From positions 5,664,001-5,728,000 of the forward strand of contig OZ245365.1 in NCBI GenBank assembly GCA_965226495.1: 64,000 nt of DNA, read 5' to 3'. The stretch is from Candidatus Marinacidobacterales bacterium (GTDB lineage Bacteria > Acidobacteriota > Vicinamibacteria > Marinacidobacterales > DATDRI01). Of this stretch, positions 45,772-58,000 are shown piece after piece. Within the stretch, counting starts at the first letter, position 1, and every line of letters begins with the position of its first letter. Under the pieces are notes generated by a model, which did no database searches, was not told the origin of the DNA, and saw only the letters and a program-made list of their open reading frames with translations. A program made the translations under genes and the position numbers.

Positions 45772-46671
45772 TTATGCTCGTACCCAGCTGTCTTTCTCCA
45801 AAGATTGCGAAGCCGTTTGCTCGGTTCCGGATTCGGGTTTTCTGAGGAGGTACTCGAGATTACTATAGATGATGCTTTGCGTGAAGCGGTTTCGCTCCAC
45901 CGACCGGCGCAAGACACGGGGCACGCGTCGAGCGAAGAAGCCGCTCATTTGACGTTTTTCCTTCACCAATCGAAACCCGGTTCCCTTTAGCCATCGGCGT
46001 ACCGCGGAGACGGTCACCTTCTGAAGAAGGTCATCCTTCTTCTGTTCTCCCCGAGCAGCCATCATGTGGCAGGAGTTCGACTCCCCTTGTTGTTCCAACC
46101 AAGAAGGGTGGTTACCGGCTAAATAGAAGTTCAGACGGAAGGCCCAGCTTCGAGGCAGGAGAAGCTGGTACGGAATCGGAATCTTGAGCCTCGCCAGATG
46201 TGAGCCCGAGGAGGAGTAGTACGGGGGGGTCGAAAGAAAAAGAACGCCCCCAGGTCGTAAGACGCGGAAGCACTCACTTAGGTAGGTTTCCGGGGATTCA
46301 ACATGCTCGATGACAGAGTGCGAGAGCACGACATCAAAGTAGCCGTCTTGGAAGGGAAGAGAGATCCCGTCGCCTTGCACGAAGGCGACATTGGCGACGT
46401 CATGTTCCTTTGCAAGACGCACCCCGGCGTCGGTGAACCGGTCGACGATATCCAAACCGACTGCAAACTCGGATTCTTCGGCGAAGGAGACGGCCACACC
46501 ACCACCGCCGCAGCCAGCATCGAGAACCGGCCCGGAAGCACGAATACCGGCGCCTTCGATCTGGCTCAGTATCTTCGCGCTTCGGTAGTATTCGAAAAGG
46601 GAGTAGTGATAGTCAGACCGGAAACGAATGGCGCCGTATTCACGAATGGCGTCTGGCTGGACTTCCCGCAA
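45772..46671 (-). CDS. Class I SAM-dependent methyltransferase
   Basis: VLDAGCGGG, LPFQDGYFDVVLSHSVIEHV, RVLRPGG; TTG start 46671 with GAGGAG upstream. Confidence 0.88.
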   Translation of the reverse strand: MREVQPDAIREYGAIRFRSDYHYSLFEYYRSAKILSQIEGAGIRASGPVLDAGCGGGGVAVSFAEESEFAVGLDIVDRFTDAGVRLAKEHDVANVAFVQGDGISLPFQDGYFDVVLSHSVIEHVESPETYLSECFRVLRPGGVLFLSTPPYYSSSGSHLARLKIPIPYQLLLPRSWAFRLNFYLAGNHPSWLEQQGESNSCHMMAARGEQKKDDLLQKVTVSAVRRWLKGTGFRLVKEKRQMSGFFARRVPRVLRRSVERNRFTQSIIYSNLEYLLRKPESGTEQTASQSLEKDSWVRA

Positions 46672-46753
46672 GGATGGCTCCTCGGCTCGGTGCAGTGACC
46701 CCCTGAGTTGTCGTGGACTGGGGCTGAGTGTCGTTCGTCGCGCTTTAGGAGCG

Positions 46754-47161
46754 CTACCCCCCTCTGATTTGCACCTTTGCCGTCCCGGAGATGACGGTCT
46801 TCCTGCCGTTCTTGAGTCGTAAACGGATTGTGTAGGTTCCCGGATGCTTGTACTGGTTGGAGCTGCTGAAACGTCGATTGATCTCCATACCGGGTTCAAA
46901 GGGATCGCAGTCCACCTCGTGGAGCGAAGGGTTTCTGTCGTCGCCCCAATCCCACTCTTCGTCGAGGCAGTAGTATTTCTCCAGATCGTCTGGCTCACCC
47001 TCGAGCTCGGCGGTGACCCTCACCGTGACGGTTAACTTATAGCCGGACCGCGGGTCGGAAATGGGAAGGAAGACCATGTGCGGGGCCTCTAGGTCGAGAT
47101 CCATGTCGTCCGTGGCGCCCAAGACGAGCATCGCAGCTGCGAGACCGATGAGAATCTTCAT
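46754..47161 (-). CDS. Small secreted PKD-like domain protein
   Basis: Signal peptide; WDWGDD and YKHPGTYTIRL. Confidence 0.7.
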   Translation of the reverse strand: MKILIGLAAAMLVLGATDDMDLDLEAPHMVFLPISDPRSGYKLTVTVRVTAELEGEPDDLEKYYCLDEEWDWGDDRNPSLHEVDCDPFEPGMEINRRFSSSNQYKHPGTYTIRLRLKNGRKTVISGTAKVQIRGG

Positions 47162-47202
47162 GCCCCTATGTTAGCACGCTGCCACCATGCCCCAAGACTC
47201 CT

Positions 47203-49251
47203 TCAAGGTGGGCCTCTTAGGGCTTCGAGCACGTCATCCAAGTTCTCGGTCGGCGCCTGACAGGCGTAGTTTTGGCACACGTAGAAGCGAGGCGTGCCAT
47301 TGGCGGGAGTCTTTCCAGTAAGCAATGGAACCTTCTGCTCCACTTCGTCGCGATGGGGCCACGAAGGATCGAGAAGTGCCACCGCCTCGTTGGGAGTGAA
47401 GAGTCCCCAGATTTTTGCCAGCGCGTCTTTGGTGGTCGCCGCGCCCGCCAACCCCACGACCGCAACCTCGCGTTTCGCACCGAGGTAATAGTCCAACGCG
47501 GAGAGCATCTGCGCGAAGCCGGAAGGAGAGCGGCTCAATTGGGCGTGAAACGCGTGAATCGTCTCCTGGCCCCGCGCTTCGAAATCAGACTGCCCGGAGT
47601 AGGTCGCGAGCTTTAGTAAATAGGATGCGGCCACGGCGTTGCCGGCAGGGATGGCCCCGTCGTACCCGGTTTTTGAGCGCATGATCAGCGATTCATGATC
47701 GGAACCGGTAAAGAAGAACCCACCGCGGTCCTCATCCCAAAACAGTCGCACCATCTCTTTGGCTAGCCGTGTCGCTTCGTCGAGCCAGACAATATCGAAA
47801 TCCGATTCGTATAGCTCGAGGAGACCTCCAATAAGGAACGCGTAGTCATCGAGATACGCGGGCAGCTTCGCCCGTCCCTCTCGGTAAGTTGCCAGCAGGC
47901 GTCCGTCCTTGTTGAGCGTTGCCCGTGCAAAACGCGCGGCATTCGCCGCCGAGTCGAGAAATTTCTGCTCACCGAGAATCCGGAATCCCCGGGCCATGGC
48001 GATGATCATCAAGCCGTTCCAGCTAGTGAGGACCTTGTCGTCGAGCCCGGGCTTGATTCGCTGTTCGCGCGCCTGGAAAAGGATGCGACGCGCTACCGAA
48101 AGCTCATCAGAGCTCGGGTCGATATTTTGAGAGTCGGATAGGAGCCGGTTCAGAATGTTCGTTTCTTCCCAGTTACCGCCTTCGGTGACGTCGTAATACT
48201 TGCAGAAGGTCTCGGCTCGATCCCCGAGGAGAGCGTCGACTTCTTCTTTCTTCCAGACGAAGAACTTGCCTTCGACACCTTCACTATCCGCGTCTTGGCT
48301 GGAGTAGTAGCCACCCTCCGGTCCCTGCATTTCGCGAAGCACGTATTCGAGAGTCTCTGTCGCCACGCGTGCGTACTCAGCTTTGCCAGTCACCTGGTAG
48401 GCCTCGAGATAAGCCGGCACCAGAAGGGCGTTGTCGTAGAGCATCTTTTCGAAATGGGGGACCAACCACCGCGCATCCGTGGAGTAACGATGGAAGCCTC
48501 CCCCCAATTGATCGTACATCCCGCCCGCCGCCATCTTCTGGAGCGTGAGCTCCGCCATTTGCAGTGCATCCTCGTCACCGTGGGCGTGATGGAAGCGAAG
48601 TAGCAACGAGATCGCGCCTGACGGGGGAAACTTGGGCGCGGGTGAGAACCCGCCGTCGCGCGGATCGAAACGCCCGGCAAGCTCCCGAACCGCGTCGCGT
48701 AGGAGGTTCGGCGAGAGTAGCTCCGGGCTCGCACTCGTTTGCGCCATCGTTTGGAGGTGTTGAGTGAGCTCCCCGGCGGTCGTTTCTACCTGGCCTCGAT
48801 GGTCGCGATAGATCCGAGCGACTTCGTTGAGCACGCTCGCAAAGCCGGGGCGGCCAAAGCGATCGTCGGGCGGAAAATAGGTTCCGCCATAGAAGGGCTT
48901 GAGGTCGGGAGTCAAGAAAACCGTCAGCGGCCATCCACCGGAGCCGGTCATGATCTGTACGGCGCCCATGTAGATCTCGTCGATGTCCGGGCGCTCTTCT
49001 CGATCCACTTTGATGGATACGAAGTGCTCGTTCATCAGGGCGGCGATGTCTTCGCTCTCGAAGGACTCTCTTTCCATCACGTGACACCAGTGGCAGGCGG
49101 AGTAGCCAATGGAGAGGAGGATAGGTCTGTCTTCTTTCTTGGATTTCTCCAAGGCCTCCGCACCCCACGGATACCACGCGACGGGATTATGGGCGTGTTG
49201 GAGGAGGTAGGGGCTGGTCTCGTCGGCGAGCTGATTCGTGTGCTCGGTCAT
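47203..49251 (-). CDS. YyaL/SPATA20 thioredoxin-domain protein
   Basis: [52 protein letters not shown]. Confidence 0.95.
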   Translation of the reverse strand: MTEHTNQLADETSPYLLQHAHNPVAWYPWGAEALEKSKKEDRPILLSIGYSACHWCHVMERESFESEDIAALMNEHFVSIKVDREERPDIDEIYMGAVQIMTGSGGWPLTVFLTPDLKPFYGGTYFPPDDRFGRPGFASVLNEVARIYRDHRGQVETTAGELTQHLQTMAQTSASPELLSPNLLRDAVRELAGRFDPRDGGFSPAPKFPPSGAISLLLRFHHAHGDEDALQMAELTLQKMAAGGMYDQLGGGFHRYSTDARWLVPHFEKMLYDNALLVPAYLEAYQVTGKAEYARVATETLEYVLREMQGPEGGYYSSQDADSEGVEGKFFVWKKEEVDALLGDRAETFCKYYDVTEGGNWEETNILNRLLSDSQNIDPSSDELSVARRILFQAREQRIKPGLDDKVLTSWNGLMIIAMARGFRILGEQKFLDSAANAARFARATLNKDGRLLATYREGRAKLPAYLDDYAFLIGGLLELYESDFDIVWLDEATRLAKEMVRLFWDEDRGGFFFTGSDHESLIMRSKTGYDGAIPAGNAVAASYLLKLATYSGQSDFEARGQETIHAFHAQLSRSPSGFAQMLSALDYYLGAKREVAVVGLAGAATTKDALAKIWGLFTPNEAVALLDPSWPHRDEVEQKVPLLTGKTPANGTPRFYVCQNYACQAPTENLDDVLEALRGPP

Positions 49252-49399
49252 CGATGTATTCTAGTCAAGATCCACGAACCCAGGCGACACAGCCAGCGCG
49301 TGCTACGCGGTACAAGTTTAACGGGCTTAGCTTGGCGCTGGCTCGCGCCTTCTTCGCTCCTTCGATCGCAAGCCGTCGATGGGTTCGAACCTCATTCTC

Positions 49400-51461
49400 T
49401 TACCAGACCACCGGCAACTTCTCGCCGGTGATGAGGTCGAAAAACCCTTCCGTGGTTAGGTTCCATTGCCAGGGGGCAGGCGTGAGAAACCAAAAGGTCA
49501 TGGCGTCCGTCGCGTGAACCTGATGCCCCTTGTCATCGAAACCCGCCCACTCGAGCGCGTCAGAAGCGGCCCGCATGGTTGCGAGCTCGCGCAGTAGGAT
49601 TAGTGGCTCCGCGTTGCTCATGAGCCCGGTCACCGGAAGACGTACTTCCGCCTGGATTTCTCCGTCGGCGACAACGACGAAGCCTCCACCGATCTCGATC
49701 AGCCGATTGGCGGCCATCGCCATCGCCTCGTCGCAGCTACCATGGATCGTAAGCTGGTGCGCGTCGTGTTGGACGGTCGTGGCGACGGCGGAACACGGAT
49801 GGCTCGGGCTAGTCGCAGTGAACATCGCGCCCATTTGGATCTCCGCAGCCGGTTCCGGTCCGAGGCTTTCGTGTCGCTCGATGGCTGCCATCTTGTAGAC
49901 CCCGAGATCGGTTCCGTATTGCACAACACCGTCTTGGACCGGTAGCTCGACGGTGTCGGGCCGTTTTCGGAAATCACGAGGTTTCCACAGCCAAGCGGTG
50001 GCCCTCGTCTTACCCGCGGGAGCGCGGATGCGGAAGTCTTCAGGTGCTAATTCGCGGGCCAGCGAGACGGTATCGAGCGTGTAAGGAGGAGCCTCCTGCG
50101 CAGGTTCGATCCCGTCGATGAGCTTGCCACCCTCGACGACGAGGGTGCCGGAAGCCACTACCCGATCGATGTCGACTTTGGCTAGTTCGTCGGGTACTCG
50201 TCCATTGAGAAACACGATGTCGGCGAAACAGCCCGGAGAGAACGAGCCCACCTCGTCGTCCATCTGGAGGAGCACGGCGGCGTTGTAGGAGGCGGCGCGA
50301 AAGGCATCGATCAGGATCCTTTTCTTGCTTTGCTGGATGTCTCCGGCGGCGATGGCTGCCCATCCCTCTTCGATGTATCTACGGACGTTATAGTCAATGT
50401 CTCCCCACTCCATGAGCTCTGGAAGATCCCGATCATCCGTCGACAACGTGCCGAAGGCTGCCGCGTAAGGGGCGTCGGAGGAGTAGATCCCGCGAACGAG
50501 CGCTCCGAACTCGCCTCGGTTCGGCGGGTTGTCCGTCCAAAGCCCGAGGCGCGCGACCCGGACGATGTGGTCATTCTCGCCTTCGACGGGACCGTGCGGG
50601 TTGTGGTTCGATACGGACGGCGAGGGTTCGAAAAGAGGAAATGTTGCCGTAGTCGTTCCCGCCGGTATGGCCCTGAATCGCTTGCCTCGCGTCCCATCCC
50701 GCTTGAAGCACCTGGTGTAGGCGTTGATATCCGGGACTCTCGGGATCTTGAATACCCGGTTCGAACATCACTTCACCGATGCTCCGGACGCGCGGATCGT
50801 GTGCGAAAAGCCGACGTGCCGATTCGTACCCGATCCAACCACCGGTCGGCTCCATGATGTCGTCGGTGGGAGGAACGGCCGAAGTGACTGCGGGGAACAC
50901 TTTCAAATGCTTCGGCTGCATATCGAGCCAGAACGTCACGCCCGCCTCGCCTAGAACGTTTCCCGTTTCGTGATCGCCTTCTACCAACCAGGTCGTTCCG
51001 AGAGGCAGAGCCACCTGCGCGAAGCGGTCTGGAGTCAGTCGGCTCGATTCGATGTGGTCGTGGCTATGGCCGAACCCGGGCACCAGTGTTTGATCCGACG
51101 CATCTAAGACCTTGGTCTCCGGTCCTACTAGCGTATCGATCATCTTCATGTCGTTTCGGTCGGGGGCCGCCTTCGGTGTCTCGTCCTCTGGTCCTAGATA
51201 GGCGATCCGCTTTCCCTTAGTGGCGATGAGCCATCCGTCTTTCAACTCACCGGTCTGCGCGATGAAGACTTGCCCGCCTTTCACGACGACGTCGGCCGGT
51301 TCACGTCCCAATGCCACCGGAACCAGGGCCTAACGGGACTTCCAGTCCTCACTGAATTGAAACTCTTCTTGAGTGTTGGGCGGTGAATTAGCTGGTGGTA
51401 GTTGGCAGGCGATGAGAGTCAATACGACGAGGCAGGCACCAAGACGCACGCATTTTTTCAT
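49400..51461 (-). pseudogene. Adenine-deaminase-like amidohydrolase with lipoprotein signal; in-frame TAG 51330-32 and frameshift about 50612
   Basis: MKKCVRLGACLVVLTLIAC; ALGREPAD, HSHDHIESS, HETGNVLG, STDDR, TTVQHDAHQ, LPVTGLMS. Confidence 0.8.
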
Positions 51462-51514
51462 TGGAACTCTCCAGGCGGGCTGGATTGGATCCGCCCCTTC
51501 CGCGCCGTTCCGAA

Positions 51515-52519
51515 TCAGGCCGATTTCAGCCCGGTCCAGCGGAACAAACACGAGCCCACCGTCAGCCCGGCGCCGACGGAAGCAATCAGGATGAGCTCGC
51601 CGGGTTTGAGGAGCCCCTGTTCTTGAGCGTCGGTGAGCGCGAGGGGAATCGTGGCGGCGGTGGTGTTACCGTACTTGTCGATGTTCTTGATGACCTTCTC
51701 CGGCGGGAGCTTTAGCCGCTCGGCCGCCGCGTCCAAGATCCGGGCGTTCGCCTGGTGTGAGACGAGCAAGGAAATATCCGAGGCAGTGAGGCCGTGCTTC
51801 TTGAGCAGAGCCGACGCGGCTTCGAAGGTCTGCCGGACCGCAAACTTGAAGATCTGGGGGCCGGCTTGGTGCACGTAGTGGAGTTTTTCGGCCACCGTCT
51901 TGTCTGAGGCCGGCTTCATGCTTCCGCCTCCAGGCATGTACAGAAAGAAGCCGCCGCTTCCGTCAATGTGGTGGTTGAAATCTATGAGGCCCCCCGAATC
52001 GTCCTCGGCGGGCTCCAGTAGGACGGCACCGGCACCATCGCCGAAGAGCACACACGTCGTTCGGTCCTCGTAATTGATGATGCTGCTCATCACGTCCGCA
52101 CCAATGACCAGGACACGGTCGTGGGAGCCGGCGGCCACGAAGTGGGCGCCCGTCGTGAGCGCGTAAACGAAACCGCAACAAGCGGCGGAAAGATCGAACC
52201 CCCATGCGCGGCTCGCCCCCAACTTGTCCTGAACCAAGCAGGCGGTTGCGGGAAAAAACATGTCCGGCGTGACGGTGGCCACGATGATGAGATCGATGTC
52301 GTCCGGAGTCAGCCCGCGTTGCGACAACAGATCTTGTGCGGCGCGGGTGGCCAGATCCGACGTGGTCATCCCGTCGGCGATGTGGCGCTCGCGGATCCCG
52401 GTCCTTTCGATGATCCATTCATCGGAAGTATCGACTATCTTTGCGAGGTCGGCATTGGTGAGGATCTTTTCCGGAAGGTAGCGGCCCATGGCGGTAATGG
52501 TGGCGCGACGAAGAGTCAT
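51515..52519 (-). CDS. fabH: Beta-ketoacyl-ACP synthase III
   Basis: [46 protein letters not shown]. Confidence 0.97.
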   Translation of the reverse strand: MTLRRATITAMGRYLPEKILTNADLAKIVDTSDEWIIERTGIRERHIADGMTTSDLATRAAQDLLSQRGLTPDDIDLIIVATVTPDMFFPATACLVQDKLGASRAWGFDLSAACCGFVYALTTGAHFVAAGSHDRVLVIGADVMSSIINYEDRTTCVLFGDGAGAVLLEPAEDDSGGLIDFNHHIDGSGGFFLYMPGGGSMKPASDKTVAEKLHYVHQAGPQIFKFAVRQTFEAASALLKKHGLTASDISLLVSHQANARILDAAAERLKLPPEKVIKNIDKYGNTTAATIPLALTDAQEQGLLKPGELILIASVGAGLTVGSCLFRWTGLKSA

Positions 52520-52528
52520 AGAGCGCCC

Positions 52529-52557
52529 ATCCTAGATCCCAGCTTCGCCCCAGTCAA
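52529..52557 (-). promoter_or_regulatory. Sigma70 promoter of fabH, nearly leaderless
   Basis: TTGACT-17 nt-TAGGAT, 9 nt before the ATG. Confidence 0.65.
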
Positions 52558-52604
52558 CGGAATCCTTGCCAATCGGGTATAAGGCGAAACGAAAACGAAC
52601 AAAC

Positions 52605-52644
52605 GTGAGGGACCTCACCCAGGCCCTCTCCCGAAGGGAGGGGG
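52605..52644. repeat. CCTCACCC...CCCTCTCCC/GGGAGGGGG REP-like palindrome
   Basis: Same type as 59565-59620. Confidence 0.6.
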
Positions 52645-52720
52645 ATTAACGGAAGAAGAAACCATCAATAGCAACGGTGACATAATCAGGGGCCAGTTGA
52701 GAGTTTAGGCGCAACCGCGT

Positions 52721-53461
52721 ATGATCCAACGATTATCGTGGATTCGACGGGGGAGCGATGCCACGTCCCCCTTCCCAAATAATCAAGGAATAGAGACTTT
52801 GCCGGCGGCTGCTTTCTACGATTTGGACGGGACACTCTTGAGCACGAACCTTGTGCACACGTTCGCCTTCTACGCCCGAAACGACCAGGGCATACTCCGG
52901 AGCCTGGGGCGGACGGCCACGACGTTTCTCGGCATCCCGCTATTTCTCGCCACAGATATGTACAGCCGGAAGGTCTTCAACGACCTCTTCTTCAAGTGGT
53001 ATCGCAACCAGTCCGAGGACCGGCTCCGCTACCTCTCTCAAGACCTGTTCGACGAGGTCATCAAGCCGTCGATCTACCCGGGAACGATGGAGCTTCTGGA
53101 CAAGTCTCGAAGCCTCGGTTTGCGCCAGGTGGTGGTCACCGGTGCCCTCGATCTCAGTATTCAGCCTTTGTTGAGACATCTAGGCATCGAGGAATTCGTG
53201 GCCAACCGATTGGAGTTCGTGGACGACGTGGCCACCGGTCGATTGGTGCCTCCGATCATGGCGAGCGCGACCAAGGCCTCCTGGATCCGGACCTACGCCG
53301 AGCGCGAGAGTATTTCTCTGAGCGACTGCTTTTGTTACGCCGATAGCATGAGCGACCTTCCCATGCTTTCCATCGTGGGACACCCGACCGCGACCAATCC
53401 CGATCTCAGGCTGCGGAGTACGGCGCTCCGGCACGACTGGCCGATTCTTTCTCTCAAGTAG
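52721..53461 (+). CDS. elbB: HAD-IB family phosphatase, ElbB-like
   Basis: [30 protein letters not shown]; position in the cluster; start may be TTG 52799. Confidence 0.82.
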   Translation: MIQRLSWIRRGSDATSPFPNNQGIETLPAAAFYDLDGTLLSTNLVHTFAFYARNDQGILRSLGRTATTFLGIPLFLATDMYSRKVFNDLFFKWYRNQSEDRLRYLSQDLFDEVIKPSIYPGTMELLDKSRSLGLRQVVVTGALDLSIQPLLRHLGIEEFVANRLEFVDDVATGRLVPPIMASATKASWIRTYAERESISLSDCFCYADSMSDLPMLSIVGHPTATNPDLRLRSTALRHDWPILSLK

Positions 53462-53486
53462 AAAGATAGCGAAAGGAACCGACTTC

Positions 53487-55085
53487 ATGAGTCCCCTCTT
53501 GCGTCGCAAGCTGGATCCGGCGACAGTCATGATCGACACCGATTCGGCCCCTCGCGTCCTCCATTTCGGAGAAGATTTCCTAGAAGTGGATCTGCCGGTC
53601 GGCACGCGGGTCATTTATCCCAAGCCTCCGATCCAAGGCCTGCCCAATCCCCGAGCCGCCGTTCGGTACGCTCTAAACAACCCGTTGGGATGCGATCCGC
53701 TCTATGCACAGCTTACGCCGGGCATGAAGGTCACAGTGGCGCTCGACGACATCAGTCTGCCGCTTCCCCCCATGCTTCCACCCGACGTCCGACAGACCGT
53801 CCTGGAAGTCGTGTTGGAGATGCTTTCCGACCATGGCGTCGACGACATCCACTTGGTCGTCGCTAACTCGCTGCATCGCAAGATGACGGGATCCGAGATG
53901 CGGAGGATGGTGGGCTCGAAGATTCACAAAGAGTTCTATCCCGATCGCTATTACTGCCACGACGCCGAGGACCCCGACGGTTTGGTTAATCTCGGAAAGA
54001 CAAAGCATGGCGAGATTCTTCGAATCAATCGGCGAGCCTGTGAAAGTGATCTCGTCATTTACATCAATATCAATCTGGTTCCCATGGATGGTGGCCACAA
54101 ATCGGTGACGGTCGGGCTTTGTGATTACGAAAGCCTCACCTCCCATCACGAGCCGCAGACGATCATCGACTCCGACGGCTACATGGATCCGCAGCGGTCG
54201 GCCTTGGCAAAAAAGTGCGATCGCCTGGGAAAGCTAGTCGACAAGAACCTCAACGTCTTCCACATCGAGACGGTGCTCAACAATCGGATGTATTCCGATC
54301 AACTGAATTTCCTTGGGAGAAACGAAGACGATTTCACCGAAGCGGATCGCCTCAAGTTGCGAGCCACTCGTTGGTCGCTCGAGAAAATGCCCCGCGCCGC
54401 GAAACGAGCGTTCCTGCATGCGATACCGGCGCACTTCCAGATGATCGCCTGCAATGCCGGCAAGACGGAGCCGGTCCACGAGCGCACCCTCGAGCGATCG
54501 TTCGAACAGTATGCGGTTCGCGTCAAGGGACAGGCCGACATCTTGATCGTGGGTATCCCTTACATCTCACCCTATAACGTGAACTCGATTTTGAACCCGC
54601 TTTTGGTCCAGGTCATGGGCCCCGGCTATTTCTTCAACATGTATCGCGGCAAGCCTTTGTTGAAGAAGGGCGGCGTTTTGATCCTCGCGCATCCGTGTTA
54701 CGACGAGTTCGATGCCAAGTTCCACCCCAGCTACATCGAGTTCTTCAACCGCGTGCTTCCCGAGACCCAAGATGCCTTCACGCTTCGCGAGAAATACGAA
54801 GAAGAGTTTGCCAAGAACCCGAGCTATATCCAGATGTATCGTCAGGGCAATGCCTATCATGGGGCCCATCCTTTCTTCATGTGGTATTGGGGAGAGAACG
54901 GACGCCGTCACGCCGGCAAAATCATCGTCGCCGGTGCGGAAACCCAGCACGTACCCTCCCTCCTAGGTTGGGAGCGCGCCGAGTCGGTCGCCGAAGCGAT
55001 CGCGATGGCCCGCAGCTTTACCGGGCCTTCGGCTGAGATCTCGATGTTGCACTTGCCGCCCATCGTGATCCCGGAAGTCGAGTAA
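53487..55085 (+). CDS. elbC: LarA-N (DUF2088) domain protein, ElbC-like
   Basis: [41 protein letters not shown]; position in the cluster. Confidence 0.8.
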   Translation: MSPLLRRKLDPATVMIDTDSAPRVLHFGEDFLEVDLPVGTRVIYPKPPIQGLPNPRAAVRYALNNPLGCDPLYAQLTPGMKVTVALDDISLPLPPMLPPDVRQTVLEVVLEMLSDHGVDDIHLVVANSLHRKMTGSEMRRMVGSKIHKEFYPDRYYCHDAEDPDGLVNLGKTKHGEILRINRRACESDLVIYININLVPMDGGHKSVTVGLCDYESLTSHHEPQTIIDSDGYMDPQRSALAKKCDRLGKLVDKNLNVFHIETVLNNRMYSDQLNFLGRNEDDFTEADRLKLRATRWSLEKMPRAAKRAFLHAIPAHFQMIACNAGKTEPVHERTLERSFEQYAVRVKGQADILIVGIPYISPYNVNSILNPLLVQVMGPGYFFNMYRGKPLLKKGGVLILAHPCYDEFDAKFHPSYIEFFNRVLPETQDAFTLREKYEEEFAKNPSYIQMYRQGNAYHGAHPFFMWYWGENGRRHAGKIIVAGAETQHVPSLLGWERAESVAEAIAMARSFTGPSAEISMLHLPPIVIPEVE

Positions 55086-55097
55086 GCGGAGAAGATC

Positions 55098-58000
55098 TTG
55101 TCCGACCTAAAGCCTAGCGAGGCCTTCGCCGGCCGACGTATCTTCCTTCTCGGAGGGACCGGTTTTCTCGGCAAGGTCGTCCTGAGCATGTTGCTCGATC
55201 GCTTTCCCCAGATCGGCCGGGTCTACTTGATGGTTCGTGCGGCCTCCGATGCGGAAAGCGAAAGCCGTTTCTGGGAGACCATCCTGCCCTCCCCGGCGTT
55301 CGATCCGCTGCGGGCACGATACGCCTCTGGGCTCGAGGCCTTTCTTCACAAGAAGCTTGTGATCGTCGGTGGCGACATTACCGATGAGAACCTTGGCTAC
55401 TCCGAAGAACAAGCGGCACGCATTGCTTCCGACATCGACGTTCTGTTGAATAGCTCGGGCCGGGTGACCTTCAATCCGCCTCTCGAAGCCGCTCTCAAGA
55501 CCAACGTCACCGGGACTCTCAATATCATTGCCTTCGCCAAGCGGATGAAGCGACCGGCGCTCGTCCATGTCAGCACCTGTTTCGTCGCCGGAAACCGGTC
55601 CGGCCAGATCTGGGAGAACGAGCCACTCGTCGGCTATTTCCCTAGGAAAGGAGAGCCCGAGGTCCCTCACTTCTCCGTCGAGCAGGAGATTAAGGACTGC
55701 GAGCGCCTCGCGGCCCGGGTAAGGGACGAGGCACAGGATAATTCGCTGGTCGATCGGTTCCAAGAGGCGGCCAAGAAGCGTTTCCTCGAAGAGGGTCGGG
55801 ATCCAGATGATGAAAAGGCGCTTCGCCTCGCGGTGGCGCGCGAGCGAAAGAACTGGATCCGCTCTCGCCTGACTGATCTCGGAATCGAAAAGGCGAACTG
55901 GTGGGGTTGGCCCAACATCTACACCTACACCAAGAGTTTGGGAGAGCAGCTCGTGGCGGCGGAGACCGATATCGTCCGCACAATCATCCGCCCGGCCATC
56001 GTCGAGAGCTCGTTGGAGTTCCCCTTCCCTGGGTGGAATGAGGGCTTCACTACCACCGCTCCGCTCATCCGGATGGCCTTGAAAGGCCAGAACCTCTTTC
56101 CAGTCGAAGAAAATCTCACGCTGGACATCATCCCGGTCGATCACACGGCGGCGGTGGTGCTGGCGGCGACTGCGCAGGCCTTGGTGGAAGAGCCGGCGCT
56201 GGTGCACCAAGTATGCTCGGGAGATACGAATCCGGCGCGCATGGGGCGACTCGTCGTCTTGCTCGGGCTTTATAAGAGAAAGCACTTCAAAGAAAAGGAG
56301 ACCGGTTCGCGTCTTCTCAACGAGATCGCTGCCCGCATGGAAGCGCAGGCGGTGAGCCCGGACCGTTTCGAGCGGATCTCGATGCCGATGTTGCATCGCG
56401 GTACGCGGAAGATTCAAGAACTTCTGGAGCAACTGCCACCCCAGCAGCTCGGTCCTTTCGGCGGCGTCGTCGAGCAGGCCCGGGACGCGGTGAAACGCTT
56501 CGAGAGCTTCACGAGTCAGGGTGAAGAGCAATACCAAACCTTCCGCCCCTTCATCGTCGACAACGACTACACGTTCCGAGCGGATAACACTCGTGCGATT
56601 TTCGAGAGAATGCCCGCCGAGGAACGAGAGCTTCTTCCCTGGGGTATCGCCTCGCTCAATTGGTATGACTATTGGCTGAAGGTTCATCTTCCCGGCCTCG
56701 AGAAGTGGGTGTTCCCACGGTTGGACGAAGCGGAAAAGGTGAAGCCGCGACGGATCTATACCTACGGCAGCCTGTCCGAGCTCTTCGATGCAGCGACCAA
56801 GAACCACGCTGGCCGCATTGCCATGCGCATCGAGAGGAAGGGGCGCGAAGAACGTTACACCTATGACGATCTGAGAGAGTGCGTACACCGCGCGGCCGCG
56901 TACTTCGTAGGCCAGGGCGTGAGAGAGGGCGAGCGCATCGGTTTGGTCGCCGAGAATTCCCCCGAGTGGGGCATGAGCTATTTCGGTATCTTGAAAGCCG
57001 GCGCAACCTGCATCCCGATCGAAAAGGAGGCGACCACAGAAGAGATCGTCAACCTGCTACGCCTCGGCGAAGCGACCGGGTTGGTTATTAGTGATGAGCT
57101 TAAGAAGAAGCATGTCGAGCTCGACCGTCAGCTCGCGGAGGTCGACGTCAAGTCTCCAGTATGGGCGTTCCAAGAGATCTTTGCTCTCGGTGACGAGGCC
57201 GTCGAGCGGGAAAGAATCGCCGCGCTTCCGGCGAGGGTCGGTCCCAAGGCGTTGGCCTCCATCATCTTCACGTCCGGCACCACCGGAAACCCCAAAGGGG
57301 TCATGTTGACGCACCGGAACTTCACGAGTCTGGTTGCCAAGCTCCTAACCGTCTACGACATCAACAACGAAGACGGGATGTTGAGCGTGCTGCCGCTTCA
57401 CCATTCGTTCGAGTTCGCGACCGGGTTTCTCCTTCCTCTCAGCCGTGGAGCACAGATCACGTATTTAACCGAGCTCACCGGTGACACCATGACCAGGACA
57501 CTCAAGAAGGGACACGTCACCTGCATCGTGGGTGTTCCGGCTCTTTGGGATCTCCTGAAGCGACGCGTGCTGAGCCGTCTCTCCGACCGCTCGACCAAGC
57601 TCGAGGACATCGCTACCGCGCTCATCGACGGAAACTACTTGTTGCGCGGCGAGACTCCTTTCAACCTGGGTCCACTCCTTTTCTCGCCGGTTCACCTTGG
57701 TTTCGGGGGAAGGATCCGCTACCTAATCAGCGGTGGCTCGGCACTCTCCGAATCGACACTCAAAACGTTTCGCGGTCTGGGATTCAATCTCAACGAAGGC
57801 TACGGCATGACCGAAGCGGCACCGGTGCTCACCGTCACCCCGCCTACAGGCCGTCCCATTCCTGGCAGCGTGGGGCAGCCTTTACCGGGAATCGACATCC
57901 GCATCGACACTCCGAACGCCCGGGGCGTGGGTGAAGTCCTCGCCCGCGGCCCCAACATCATGGTGGGTTATTACGGGAACGAGCGGGCGACCAAGGAAGT

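Noticed and set aside
51330-51332. In-frame TAG as pyrrolysine or recoding
   Set aside because: No pyl genes in the window, TAG ends many core genes here, and the gene also has a frameshift
55107-56888. Long antisense ORFs (593 aa here; also 40511..41590, 5130..6170, 23208..24080, 63340..63945)
   Set aside because: Shadow frames of well-supported genes in GC-rich DNA, with no recognisable motifs
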